Below, piece after piece: positions 51,401-56,422 of a stretch of 64,000 bases of DNA (position 1 is the first letter of the stretch; each line of letters opens with the position of its first letter). Under the pieces are notes generated by a model that did no database searches, had not been told where the DNA came from, and saw only the letters and a program-made list of their open reading frames with translations. The translations under genes were made by a program, and so were the position numbers. Source of the DNA: Nitrospirota bacterium (GTDB lineage Bacteria; Nitrospirota; Nitrospiria; 2-01-FULL-66-17); NCBI GenBank assembly GCA_049325335.1, contig JBMOMC010000038.1, positions 8,941-72,940 on the forward strand, given 5' to 3'.

Positions 51401-51668
51401 TCAGCTGGTTAAGGTTTGGACCGACGTGAAGATTTCTCCCAAAAAGGATCATGGGGAGGACCCGAAGGTAAAATTCACGTACGACTACGCGCCAAAGGAA
51501 GATGGGGGAAAGACCGTCACCTGGACCGCGACGGTCACGGTGGCCGGAGATATCGACCTAGTCAACAACACGGCCGGACCGGACCACACCAGGGGCAAGA
51601 GCTGTCAGCCCGATAAGCCACACGATCGTGACAAGGACCAATCAACCGATCATCACGAGAAATGGTAG
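33465..51668 (+). CDS. Giant 6067-aa exported multidomain protein (Zn-peptidase, alpha/alpha barrel, CARDB, FlgD-Ig, TolB-like propellers, Fn3, discoidin-like, PKD)
   Basis: Signal peptide ending ASA|QS; HEFAH; QxxDGGW repeats; VDPxNxIxExxExNN CARDB motifs; FSPNxDG x4; PVANAGPDQ PKD repeats. Confidence 0.9.
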   Translation: MMSRTALHRAQAPRRALRAALAGWLTAVSWLTFAGSASAQSLYAKTVEDRSHVTVMEFGGVYDRQPEANRTYEQAVREAIAKEFFRTHADDYDMLVTFTRFPYALGTDGEGLRVGGRYYSIKNDVQGIGLDLFDYSAQAGSRGRLQGYIDMGQIDSRAADPTDPSFEETLSVLAHEFAHRWSAFAAFQDAGGARSMALLGRDGAHWSFLLNSQNSVMYGNEWRDNGDGTFTAVGRSRSFYSPLDLYLMGMLDRSQVPPFTLIDSPDVEPDRLPEVGATITGTARTVTIDDVIAALGERVPSAANAPKRFKLGFIFLVRPGETADGLELSRINAIRDGFATRMVILTGGKLIAEVYPDALPAAPDSPPAVLPPSSGARSTPTDLVQGVDWLLAQQAQDGAFRDTQATAVRDTANVLDLLREIPSTYLSHQRGLAWLTSLTAADNVDTVSRRTLALSPQYAAPDATFLIEAENALGGWGLRRGYLSDPLDTALALRALADVGQASGLLGRRIDVEIRGTRYLGVQPDIGLLLSTQNEDGGWGLKPGASSSILATAAVMRLGERYADSHLNAALASAFAWLSAQQRADGGFGDHASTPYETAEAALILLKTTFPKASLIAALDYLRGTQLADGSWNESVYQTALAIRALKTAELPNASVSASQIVMMPASPVEGQAVALRVHVANDGVQEFRDVVVRIFDGDPAAGGALIGSDVTIPLLPPLAQVPVEVVWDTTGLAGEHRIVVVVDPDNAIVEYNEADNRAEKTIVVRTPPVEPDLAVVTADLAFLPVFLQTIPQSEILSVRVTNNGQTAASGVVLRVYDGDPATTGVQVGETTVDVPGRGHAPASVSFDVTRTGSHRYWVVLDPTNAIVEADETNNRAAITLPVQSTLDFFVNPASVTLSQSPIALGTNLVVSATVGNSGTTDAFGVQLRVSLDDPAGAIDLGTQTLDLPSGAMRPVSITWRTSRAVTGAPVVIRIDADDRFPENSEANNAASVPLTVQGSTAPNLRVAYQDLVVSAPTDQGGTATISVPVSNNGFADATNVDVVFYEGAPEAGGVAIGATQRITSLAPGAQTLVSTTWGPIQAAGTRLITVVVDPVNALSEFDEEDNSAFVTAIVRSRPDLSVTGASLAFSPAFPRAGDVVAITASVSNLGDQPASNVRARFFDGDPASGGAQIGTDQVIATIPGLGQGQVQAAYTASDLGTRAIWVQVDPLNEIVEQSEANNNASKTLGVQDASLYFSNVYFSPNGDGVQDSTDLFFRLDGAQSVSSVRILNRHGGLVQTASMPTPAPSSGSVPWDGTDDLGKVVADGEYTFVLVAPDGRDLASARAVVDNNALSVMDAFGTKYLLENNLTCQRRILIGDGYVVPYYEAGWLADDTGLVTWVPTMAVTTFYHWSIFGTYTIYAFSEEPVGVYVTAPDGASRRVTPDSWAIHQPAGDGTQILDVKISPDQQKVLIATYRYRINGYPYGGYNQFQVTSPVEYWVVNIDGSGLVRVVSASGSTATAQWAPDSTKFLFYNYDRNSADHANIHIVAADGSGETSFVWRDPAINDQSFNHAAWSKDGSRVLYSVLDVQPATAPVYANRVYAVNPDGTGKVVVGTSEIYGFGNLYGVIWLANDRFAMPTQGVMTPDGYFTYGNMEYGLWLFSTTGDAPQPLTPGISNISGEIAPSPDQRSIAFVGYGCGVNCDGGGNQTSTGIWRVGVEGRPEQVYAPTPDNQGIGFLKWSPDGSRLAFREIVITHVEYCDDGEGGEYFCGQGFPAAGIIDLADRSTNLIPLSPPGERYSWSDFQILGLFPEGDTVLIRDPASLTAWSPSVGRQTILPVDAYTWLNDARFTPSGKYLLYGSRRESFDASAPCWKGSYSVDTFAMTSLLNLTAQMTFQRQGSQIVIRGIAEDRNFADYRLEYAPVTAPTAWSPIGEPSEVPVINGELGRWIPPSEGAFFVRLLARDRAGNLAQARKRITWGLAPSITNVTVTPRMFSPNNDGSGDSVTINYLVLGPVHLEFAIYDGADRLVRTITQDHAVIGPASIAWDGRDDAGNFVTDGGYRIHVMDFDFFVTADSTPPSTALAIGNGFHTVPDRYECSDSGGARVCALRPGPLVEEPYRLLTGHAVDAELAHWTLEVGEGVNPSAWTVVDEGTGDAALRDARGNIFTPVQDAVLRRIERSEEAVNRKYRLTAVDQAGNRSVTLADLAPEEVILYAWDSLAVSTERILEQTPGSHLLSIEQTVRAPLSSLVVQYRLLGTTLWVDGAAVSLPGPRVNLPWNNSGLVPGRTYQVRVVGTDLDGRQLVSNMMAIHSNLFVMTGIDDETQVTQGIASLVDTLTEVRLVTAVGAEADIGTSVLTAPIPIDIAIAVNTSKLCEDRIPSIPVRYRGVGASGTVYYSNTLVAQGRCPGLMGGGLGVDGALRLEARTYPAPACGAPTPGSVQITLSSTGLVMDATLAVQSEPNGPLVDIPVSGLPFQTQIDTRTRPEGTYLVRAHGRLFRSDGDTADVSATARFIVDRVAPTAAITYPATNQLLCPIITTDRPVVAIEGIAEDANFDHYEVEFGVGESPTQWSPITQAAGQTIDTRAPRRGILANWDVTGLPGGTYTLRLNVYDQGGNLVCVTVTFTLADPMRVSNVTPDRRLFSPNGDGVYDSIAVAYQLNKTASVQARVYPVVNGQVGAMPVRSLLNNVQEAEGTSSVIWDGATDVGARAPDGVYAVVVTATDACGVIASASAQVEVDATPPDAAIESPLTTDVLPVIVEVLGIATDAHFERYRLEVWPDADPASVRLVAGTGTQVRSGRLGMWNTLGRGGAYTLRLTVTDFAGNHRESTVSVMVSQLDPLISSLAATPALFSPNGDGRLDTVVAEYGLTEDAVVVIDVLDAADAVIGTLVDATALRGIAQANWNGLSDAGAPAPDGTYRIRLRATGVADPTRTQTETVRVVIDATPPTVTPTTPADNTFLASAPVLAGTLSDLNLERYEITYGGNGPRLVFDEGTDNRDGVTFGPLAGLSDGPYSLTWSATDLAGNATERTTAFTLDTTSPAVTLTAPSDNAVVGGTVSNVEVRGSAGDVNLAEWTLRVGAGTDPATWTTLASGTAEPASDLLVTWDTTSVPDGTYTLSLIATDRAGTSAETRRAVVVDNTAPTANLSYPIDGATISTRVNLVGTAMDEHFVSALIEISAGDSGSAFQFAPMAVLSQAVDDDELTSWGTGTWPADGTYTLRLTVQDTVGLTTARSITVHLDTQPPDPPIDLTAQVETRDDVRLIWTASPSLDAIGYYVYRGGARITAAPVVGTTYLDQDLSDGAHRYTVTAVDQGGLESEPSNEARVAVDLTPPAVRIATPTNNAVVGGLVDIRGIAASDDFREYRILVGDGVAPASFTLVRRSPVPVTNGTLSEWDSVGRSESSLVTIRLEAEDLAGNVGMHQIAVTIDNLPPAAPTIISAAATGSDIAVEWSANTETDLAGYLLYNNDVVANVRRIVTGSVTPYLLSATTFADLGLPDGTYRYVVFALDQAGNYSDPSNTMTVTVETRPPRATIVSPATGTRTQTAVTLVATSPDQDVASVQFQFRAEAEVTWTDLGAPRAFTPYQTVWDPTGLPYGSYQFRAVATDVNINTDPAPPEITIIHQDLTPPGAPTGLAARVTESNLDLTWAANNETDLAGYHVYLVVPGSAPMRITPSPVLQPLLNRPDMSDENYTFTVTAVDSSGNESAPSSPAQARVYVVGLSAPEACVTGTETVVTGTGVTPGSVVTLYREDPAGGVLIGTATAGTDGSVQFAGVILPPGPQPLSAQAIDPAGNVSRRAVSTTVELAPIPGAPTGLAAGVAGYDVSLTWDPGGPSVSGYHVFRGATPLVIGTTPIRVAGSPLASSWSNYSYYGPSRAWDESLSTFWIPASWDPAPVWQVDFYQSHLVAGIRLQWYSDASMVYGPISFNVQAWSHDTWITVQTFTGGAPADNVVVFPSPIETIRLRVVMTTWQYSPAYLYLAEAQILGPNYLVTGTSFTDPGVPDGQHAYRLVAVNACSVEGPASELTTAVGDVTAPGAPIDLTATATGSDVALSWTTPADPDVAGYIVYRDVGGAWTRLNPTPVPAMNYVDPVLPNGTYRYRVIAVDTVGNQSAPSNEAQASVNVPLPSGPLALAVTAPLGGGRLDLAWSPGDPTQSILGYRVYRSTVAGGPYVDVGQSVATTYADQTVTNGTTYYYVVRAADAAGNESAASNESSGTPRDTLTPEPPVLLFPTDAAHPIIVTDDVTLVGGTAEPGAVVRLLNEGISLGATTALSAHDVETVALPTFPNGAVAVSAADAQVAYFGWHDGASAYVLTIVNADSGDVTYVAAAADGSSPVFTPDGSRIAYARYDGAGPSGYGLFVYDLGTGSISRESDLPGGMSDPAFSSDGDKLAFSYNSQIWAVDLTAASPDADQVTSEPDSTYTPLWSNDGATIFYITYADTAWALRRLDTATGIATDVAFQVGTSRFSLSRDGATLAYESVQSGRPELWLYDVASGAQTPVPPGDEGRYAPLLAADGASIVYISEPSGEPFQLRRLDPATGASELLATDSGGNPPSWTAGGSLLMPRDNTLLHVRTAGSFQFNGVGLAAGDNVFSAIAIDAAGNPSAPADPITVTLDVSARPDLAVTTADVFAYPLMPTPTERVRVAATIRNAGASAATNVEVVLYALAPSGALAQIGPLRTIPALAPGASSVVSADWLSPATGGRYTLVVVVDPVGTIAEVSETNNTARRDVLLVSAGGAPTVSVRTDHTSYSPSGRVYAFVEAANPGVAADFDLEVTIEDEAGFTAATLLRQRLAGFGYAVRSFAVDWSAVGVYGGAYRARARLVPASGPAIEAAAAFVIETDAQAAASVSTDRSLYQAGDLVSISGLVRNTSVNADLADLVAVIEVIDAGGTVVSRTEQAVARLLLGGQARVQAQWASRPGVLTARLRVMGPSGDLAAASAPFSVLGVVRLEGQVLATPAVIAIGEAFTIAASASNSGTLDANAVALRLRVASAGSQAVVRTFDRVVDLPAGSSRPWQVGSDAAGLAPGAYTVTLEAVGTSVQSLANGALNVADRVAPTVSILTPSAGAFSNADVAFSARAADDASGVDRVEYRVDNGPWTRLPIADLAFGRYATLFPGSPTTEGAHTLTVRAFDNAGNGDETSSSDANPVSVVFTIDVTPPSIDIAGVVDGVTYGSAVTPMIAVTDANLATQSTLLNGAAFTSGTQIGNEGSHVLTVTATDLAGNASSREMRFVISATSNQPPTALDDHYDVQEGAALGSLPPGVLANDLDADDPTSSLVAVMVTPPANGTFTLGSDGGFAYGPNPGFSGTDQFIYRAQDPHGAQSNLAVVTITVIPNPRFTLRASAAPLRGSLVVEPAGTPAICVVGDLCFTYNAGQQVTLTVAAATGFVFTGWTGDCAGQDNPCLLTMDADQNATAQLNAIPAANAGPDQTVQVTNTVTLDGGASTDADGDSLTFEWSVVSRPVGSAAVLSDSIAVNPAFYVDRPGAYVLSLVVRDGVSASEPDTVTITTTNSAPVANAGPDQTARVTDTVRLDGGGSSDVDGDPLAFRWTITAMPLGSLATLSDPSVVAPTFRVDLPGEYVVELVVHDGAVDSAPDGIRISTENTAPVAIARASGPVRVAETVLLDGGDSFDVDGDPLTFRWALTVRPADSAAVLSDATAVAPTFVADVAGAYVAQLIVTDGAVDSPPVTVSVTTENTLPVADAGPDQTVPVGATATLDGAGSFDADGNSLTYRWALTVQPAGSAAVLSDPTAPSPSFVVDRSGTYVAQLIVNDGTVESAPDTVTLTTVNSAPVANAGADQTVAVGSVVQLDGGGSSDADGDALTYQWALTVQPAGSTAAISDPSATRPTFTADQAGTYVAQLMVGDGLLTSSPDTVTITATSAPSPCKDDEDEWDGTDHDKDDHGNGTGHDKNDHKGKYHKGRHQDCDPERRVDLALADLDAPETTNACQQRARIYLTVHNLGNRTEQAMVTLYKDGQLVKVWTDVKISPKKDHGEDPKVKFTYDYAPKEDGGKTVTWTATVTVAGDIDLVNNTAGPDHTRGKSCQPDKPHDRDKDQSTDHHEKW

Positions 51669-51729
51669 TCGTTGCGCGGAACGCCCGCTCATTTGAATCT
51701 GGGGAGAAGCGTCGAAGGTCTATGCGAGA

Positions 51730-52893
51730 TCATGTCGATCCGGTCGTGATATCGCCTTGACGCTGATGCGCGAAACATTCGGGGCAAATGCCGTGGCTGA
51801 ACGCGGCCTCGGTGTGATCGTGTAAATACACTTCAAGTTGATCCCAGGATCCCGCGTCGTTTCGGATTTTCTTACACCAGGCGCAAATAGGGATCATGCC
51901 GCGAAGAGTTTTGATTTCGTGGAGCGACTGTTCGAGCTGCTCGATAAGGGTGCCTTTGACCTCTTCCCCTCGTGTACGCTCCACCAACACCGCAGCCAGG
52001 ACCAAGGCCGTGACTGCCAGCACGCCGATGAACGTTTGTAGCAACAAGAGGGACTCATACAGCGTGTTCTGGACAAATGGGCCGTGATGGTGAACCGTGC
52101 CCCAAATAGCGATTCCCGACATCAACACCAGGCCGGCCGTGGCGCCGTGTTGCCCGAAGCGGAATGTCGCCAACACTAGGAGGGGAACGGTTATATAGGC
52201 CAGGGCGCTTGTGAGGGACTGCCACGGGCTCCATCCGCCGAAAATCAAGAGCCCCACGCTGACTAGGAGCACTGTCAGGAGACCGGTTTCGACGAGACGC
52301 CACGGGTCGGCGGCGATCCGGGGCGGCTGGTTCCAGATCAGAAGAAACGGGGTAACGACGAGGATTCCGACGGTGTCTCCGAGCCACCAGGTCCACCAGT
52401 CGAATCCAAACTTAGACAACGGGGCAAACCCGGCCAGAACCATGGTGGCGACCCCGACAGTGGAGGCCACAACGCATATGAGCGGCGCGATCCACACAAA
52501 CTGGAACACGTGTCCGGCCCGATCAAATAAGCCGTTGCGACCGATCCAGTGCCGTAACAGGACGGCCCCCAGCAGGGCTTGCATGGTGGATCCGGCGGCG
52601 ATGCCGGACGATACCGCGAGGTGCGTACGCAAAGAAAACGTGTTGGTGGGGTCGAAGAAATCCCAGAAATTGGCCAAAAACGCTCCGACCCAGATGCCGG
52701 GCCAGACGCGGTACCCAACGAGCAGGACCGCGGCCAACGCGATCCCCGAGGGTGGCCATACCGCCGTGGCCTTATATTCCGGCGGTAACGCCAGGGTCAG
52801 TCCGAGTCGTGCCGTGGCCACATAAATGGCTGCCGTGGCGAACAGGACAACGACGGGTTTCAACCGAGAAAACAACCTCAGTAGTCGCGACAT
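51730..52893 (-). CDS. MASE1 membrane sensor with a C-terminal Cys-rich domain
   Basis: VWPPSGIALA, WWLGDTVG; PICAWCKKIRND..FSHGICPEC. Confidence 0.88.
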   Translation of the reverse strand: MSRLLRLFSRLKPVVVLFATAAIYVATARLGLTLALPPEYKATAVWPPSGIALAAVLLVGYRVWPGIWVGAFLANFWDFFDPTNTFSLRTHLAVSSGIAAGSTMQALLGAVLLRHWIGRNGLFDRAGHVFQFVWIAPLICVVASTVGVATMVLAGFAPLSKFGFDWWTWWLGDTVGILVVTPFLLIWNQPPRIAADPWRLVETGLLTVLLVSVGLLIFGGWSPWQSLTSALAYITVPLLVLATFRFGQHGATAGLVLMSGIAIWGTVHHHGPFVQNTLYESLLLLQTFIGVLAVTALVLAAVLVERTRGEEVKGTLIEQLEQSLHEIKTLRGMIPICAWCKKIRNDAGSWDQLEVYLHDHTEAAFSHGICPECFAHQRQGDITTGST

Positions 52894-53195
52894 GACGGTA
52901 TTCTCCGCGATTGTTAGCGCGTCGGCCCGGCGTCCTTTTTAACGACGATTGAACCTACAACAACGTCGGCGAGAAACGTGAGAAGGGCTGGGACATCGTG
53001 CGAGGAACAGTGAATCAATTCATGGTCATGACGGGCGTTGCATGGAGGTGGCGGCCGACTCAAGGCAGTCCTCCTCAGAGAGGGTGAGGCGCACCGTATT
53101 ATAGTGGACGGCGTCTCGTGAGCTCAAGCCTCAGGCGAGGACAATGGACCAGTTACCGGTTCAGATAACGCCCTCGCGGAACAGTCCGTGTTCCT

Positions 53196-54221
53196 TTACG
53201 CCGCCAAGCGATCCGGCCGCCAGGCCAGACCCAGCATGAGGATGCGCCGCAGCAGCGCGTCGTACGAGAGGCGGACGGCCTTCGCGGACTCGGCGAAATC
53301 TTCGCCGTGGCCGATTTGGGGATTGGGGTTGGCTTCGAGGATGTAGACGTGGCCCTGCGCGTCAAGGCGCAGGTCCATGCGCGCGTACCCGGACAGGCCC
53401 AACACGCGATAGACGCGTTTGGCCAAGTGTTGGATGCGGTCGGGGAGGCCTTCGGGGAGGTCCGCGGCCACGCCTGACGCAATGCCGTACTTTTTCTGGT
53501 ACGCCAGGCTCCATTTCACGCGCTGGGTGGCGATACGCGGGGCGTCATCTGGCATATGGCTCAGGTCTAACTCCCACACCGGGAACACCTGCAGCTTGTC
53601 GTTGCCCATCACGCCGACGTAGAGTTCGCGGCCTTCGATGTAGCGCTCCACGATCGCGGGCGTCTTCACGTGGTGGTGGATGAACGCCACGCGTTCGCGG
53701 AGCTTGTCGTCATCGGTCACGATCGAGGCTTGTGAGATCCCGAGCGAGGCTTCTTCGCACACGGATTTGACGATCAAGGGGAACTCCAGACGTTTGGGAC
53801 GCAGGGGTTTGCGGCCGACCGGCACGACGATAAAATCGGGAAACGGGATACGGTGGTACGAGAGGACCTTTTTGGAAAGGCCCTTGTCGCGCGCAAGCAT
53901 CAAGCCGCGCGGGTTGCACCCCGTATAGGGGATGCCCATCAGTTCGAGGAACGAGACCACGTTCTGATCCCACAACACCACGTCGTTGAATTCTTCGAGC
54001 AGGTTGAACGCGATGTCGGGGTGGAATTCCTCGATCGACCGGCGCAACAGACCCAGGTCGCTGCGCACGCCGAGCGGCAGCACGGTATGTCCCATCCCGC
54101 GCAGGGTCGCCACGACCTCGTATTCGGTTTTCCACTCCGCCGCGTCCAGATCCGCGCCGCCGGCCGTCTCCGGCGGGATCAGATCTTCGTGCATCAACGC
54201 GACGATGCGCAGCTTCTTCAT
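53196..54221 (-). CDS. D-Ala-D-Ala ligase-like ATP-grasp protein
   Basis: IPYTG, DKGLSK, EEASLGI, YIEGRE, YARMDLR, EANPNP. Confidence 0.88.
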   Translation of the reverse strand: MKKLRIVALMHEDLIPPETAGGADLDAAEWKTEYEVVATLRGMGHTVLPLGVRSDLGLLRRSIEEFHPDIAFNLLEEFNDVVLWDQNVVSFLELMGIPYTGCNPRGLMLARDKGLSKKVLSYHRIPFPDFIVVPVGRKPLRPKRLEFPLIVKSVCEEASLGISQASIVTDDDKLRERVAFIHHHVKTPAIVERYIEGRELYVGVMGNDKLQVFPVWELDLSHMPDDAPRIATQRVKWSLAYQKKYGIASGVAADLPEGLPDRIQHLAKRVYRVLGLSGYARMDLRLDAQGHVYILEANPNPQIGHGEDFAESAKAVRLSYDALLRRILMLGLAWRPDRLAA

Positions 54222-55252
54222 AAGGCTACGCGGTGGCGCCCGCTATGCAGGTAGTTCATGGTCTGGACGGTCAGTAGGATGAGGAAATCCAGCTTCACCT
54301 CTTCGGGCGTTCCGGCGACCCGCAGGTCCAGTTCGCGACAGCGCGTGATCATGGATTCGACGACCTTATCGATCGTGTATTGGTACGCGCCCGTCCATTC
54401 CGCCACGAGGCGTCGCGCCTCTTTACGGATGCGCGCGATGAACGCGGCTGCCCGCATGCCGTTGTGCGAGACCGTGTCGGCGGTGAAGAGTCGCTTGAGG
54501 TCCTGGTCGTAAAAGTGCGGATGTTCCAGCCCGTAGTGCGCGCGCCGCGCTTCATAGTGCTCGCGCAGGGTCTTGGTCAACGTCGGGAGGGGGTCCACCG
54601 TGTCCGTACGCGTTACCAGCGGCTGCGCCCCGGCCAGATCGCACATGAGGGCGTCCATGTATTCGAGTTTCTTGAGCGCGGGCCATCCCGCGTACTGCGC
54701 GCGCCAATCAGATCGCGGGTTGAGCCACACCGCGAATGTCTCCGCGAAGTCTTCGTCCGGGTGGCTCTGCGCGTACCACAGGTCTAAGTGGAGGACGAAC
54801 CGCTTGCTATAGGGTTTGGGCGTGTAATAGCGGGGGTACGGGACGTTGGATCGTCCGAACAACTGTTTGCGTCGGGCGCGCAGCCGCAAACGGTACGCGT
54901 TTTCGATGGCATGCCCCACTTCGTGACGCAGAATCCTCATGCACCAATCGTGTGTTCCGCCTTCAACTTCAAGCATTTGTTGTAGTTCAAGTTTGGCGAG
55001 ACGGGGATGGACCAGATAGAACGGGACCGCGATGCCGGGAATGCCGTCGGGCGTAAACCATTCATCCGAAATCCACACGTGCGGACGAAACACCAGGCCG
55101 CGCGCGGCCAACTCCTCGGCCAGTTGTTCAAGGCGCGGGACCAACGGGCTGTGCTCGATCGTCAGGTGCAGGTCGCACAGGCGCAGGTCGAGCAGGTGGT
55201 CGTCGCTCCAGGATACCCACTCGGGTTCAGGTTTGGCGTCGGTCGCGTCCAT
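54218..55252 (-). CDS. Putative zinc-binding metallopeptidase (zincin)
   Basis: RHEVGHA, YAQSHPDEDFAETFAVW; 4-bp overlap with the ATP-grasp gene. Confidence 0.85.
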   Translation of the reverse strand: MDATDAKPEPEWVSWSDDHLLDLRLCDLHLTIEHSPLVPRLEQLAEELAARGLVFRPHVWISDEWFTPDGIPGIAVPFYLVHPRLAKLELQQMLEVEGGTHDWCMRILRHEVGHAIENAYRLRLRARRKQLFGRSNVPYPRYYTPKPYSKRFVLHLDLWYAQSHPDEDFAETFAVWLNPRSDWRAQYAGWPALKKLEYMDALMCDLAGAQPLVTRTDTVDPLPTLTKTLREHYEARRAHYGLEHPHFYDQDLKRLFTADTVSHNGMRAAAFIARIRKEARRLVAEWTGAYQYTIDKVVESMITRCRELDLRVAGTPEEVKLDFLILLTVQTMNYLHSGRHRVAL

Positions 55253-55370
55253 CCGCACTGGTGCGCGTGGTACGCGGTGAAGGGTAGCAGGTTCCGTGAG
55301 AATTGGGGAAACCTGCGTTGACAGGCGCGCAGACGCTGCTATCGTGGTGCCGTAGGAGTGGGATGTCCTG

Positions 55371-56306
55371 ATGAATTCTGAGCCCCGTCCGATTCCCTTT
55401 GTTCGCGACACTGACGAGACCACCATCGGTATGGCCGATGCGTCGCCCAAACGCCGGTTGGATCGACGGGAACGCAGCCTCGCGTGCCTGGTGGTGATTG
55501 CCGGGCTGTCGATCGGAGAAAAAATCGCGCTGTCGAAAGACCGGATGGTGATCGGACGCCACACGGACTCGGATATTTGCTTCGACGACGCCCTGGTGTC
55601 TCGCCAACACGCGGAAATCCTGACCCGACCCGACGGGACCGCGGTGTTGCGGGACTTGGACAGCCGTAACGGCACCTTGTGCAACGATCAGCGGATCACC
55701 GAACGCGTGCTGCGGGACGGCGACGTGATGTGGATCGGCCGGTCCGTGCTTAAGTACCTGGCGCCGGACAGCGCGGAAAGCATGTACGTGAGCGTGATGG
55801 CGGACCGCGCGCGCCTGGACGGACTCACCGGGCTCGTGAACCGGCGCACGTTCCAGGAGTATCTTGAGCGCTTGGTCGCGCGTTGCCGGAACCTGCACGA
55901 ACCCATGTCGGTGGTCCTCATCGACGTGGACCATTTCAAACGCGTCAACGACACCTGGGGTCACCTGGCCGGGGACGCGGTGTTGAAGGAACTGGCCGGG
56001 TTGCTCAAAACCACGGTGCGCCCCACCGACCTCTTGGCCCGGTACGGCGGGGAGGAATTGGGCCTCGTGGTGCCGTACACCACGGCCGTGGAGGCGCTGG
56101 TGGTCGCGGAACGCATGCGGACCACGGTGGCGACGCACGAATTCACGTTCGACGGACACCCGATCCCTGTCACCATCAGCCTCGGCGTGGCGGATCTGCT
56201 CGATCACATCGAACGCGCCGAGGCCTTGCTCCAATCCGCGGATCAGGCGTTGTATGCGGCCAAACAGACGGGGCGGAATCGGACCGTCTGCTCGGCCGAG
56301 ACGTAG
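55371..56306 (+). CDS. FHA + GGDEF diguanylate cyclase
   Basis: IGR..VSRQHA..DSRNGT; DVDHFK; RxxD-x5-GGEEL. Confidence 0.92.
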   Translation: MNSEPRPIPFVRDTDETTIGMADASPKRRLDRRERSLACLVVIAGLSIGEKIALSKDRMVIGRHTDSDICFDDALVSRQHAEILTRPDGTAVLRDLDSRNGTLCNDQRITERVLRDGDVMWIGRSVLKYLAPDSAESMYVSVMADRARLDGLTGLVNRRTFQEYLERLVARCRNLHEPMSVVLIDVDHFKRVNDTWGHLAGDAVLKELAGLLKTTVRPTDLLARYGGEELGLVVPYTTAVEALVVAERMRTTVATHEFTFDGHPIPVTISLGVADLLDHIERAEALLQSADQALYAAKQTGRNRTVCSAET

Positions 56307-56346
56307 CCTCGTTCCCCGACAAGCAAACCCCGCTGGCACGCAGCGC

Positions 56347-56376
56347 TTGACCCGGCGGGCCTCCGCGGTCTATTCT
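56347..56376 (+). promoter_or_regulatory. Putative sigma70 promoter of the carboxylase operon
   Basis: TTGACC-N18-TATTCT. Confidence 0.45.
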
Positions 56377-56422
56377 CCCGCAACACCGCGCGCGACGAGA
56401 CGACGAAACCGATTGATTCCCG

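Noticed and set aside
53196..54221. Calling the gene ddl
   Set aside because: It lacks the Ddl N-terminal motif and the cell-wall gene context
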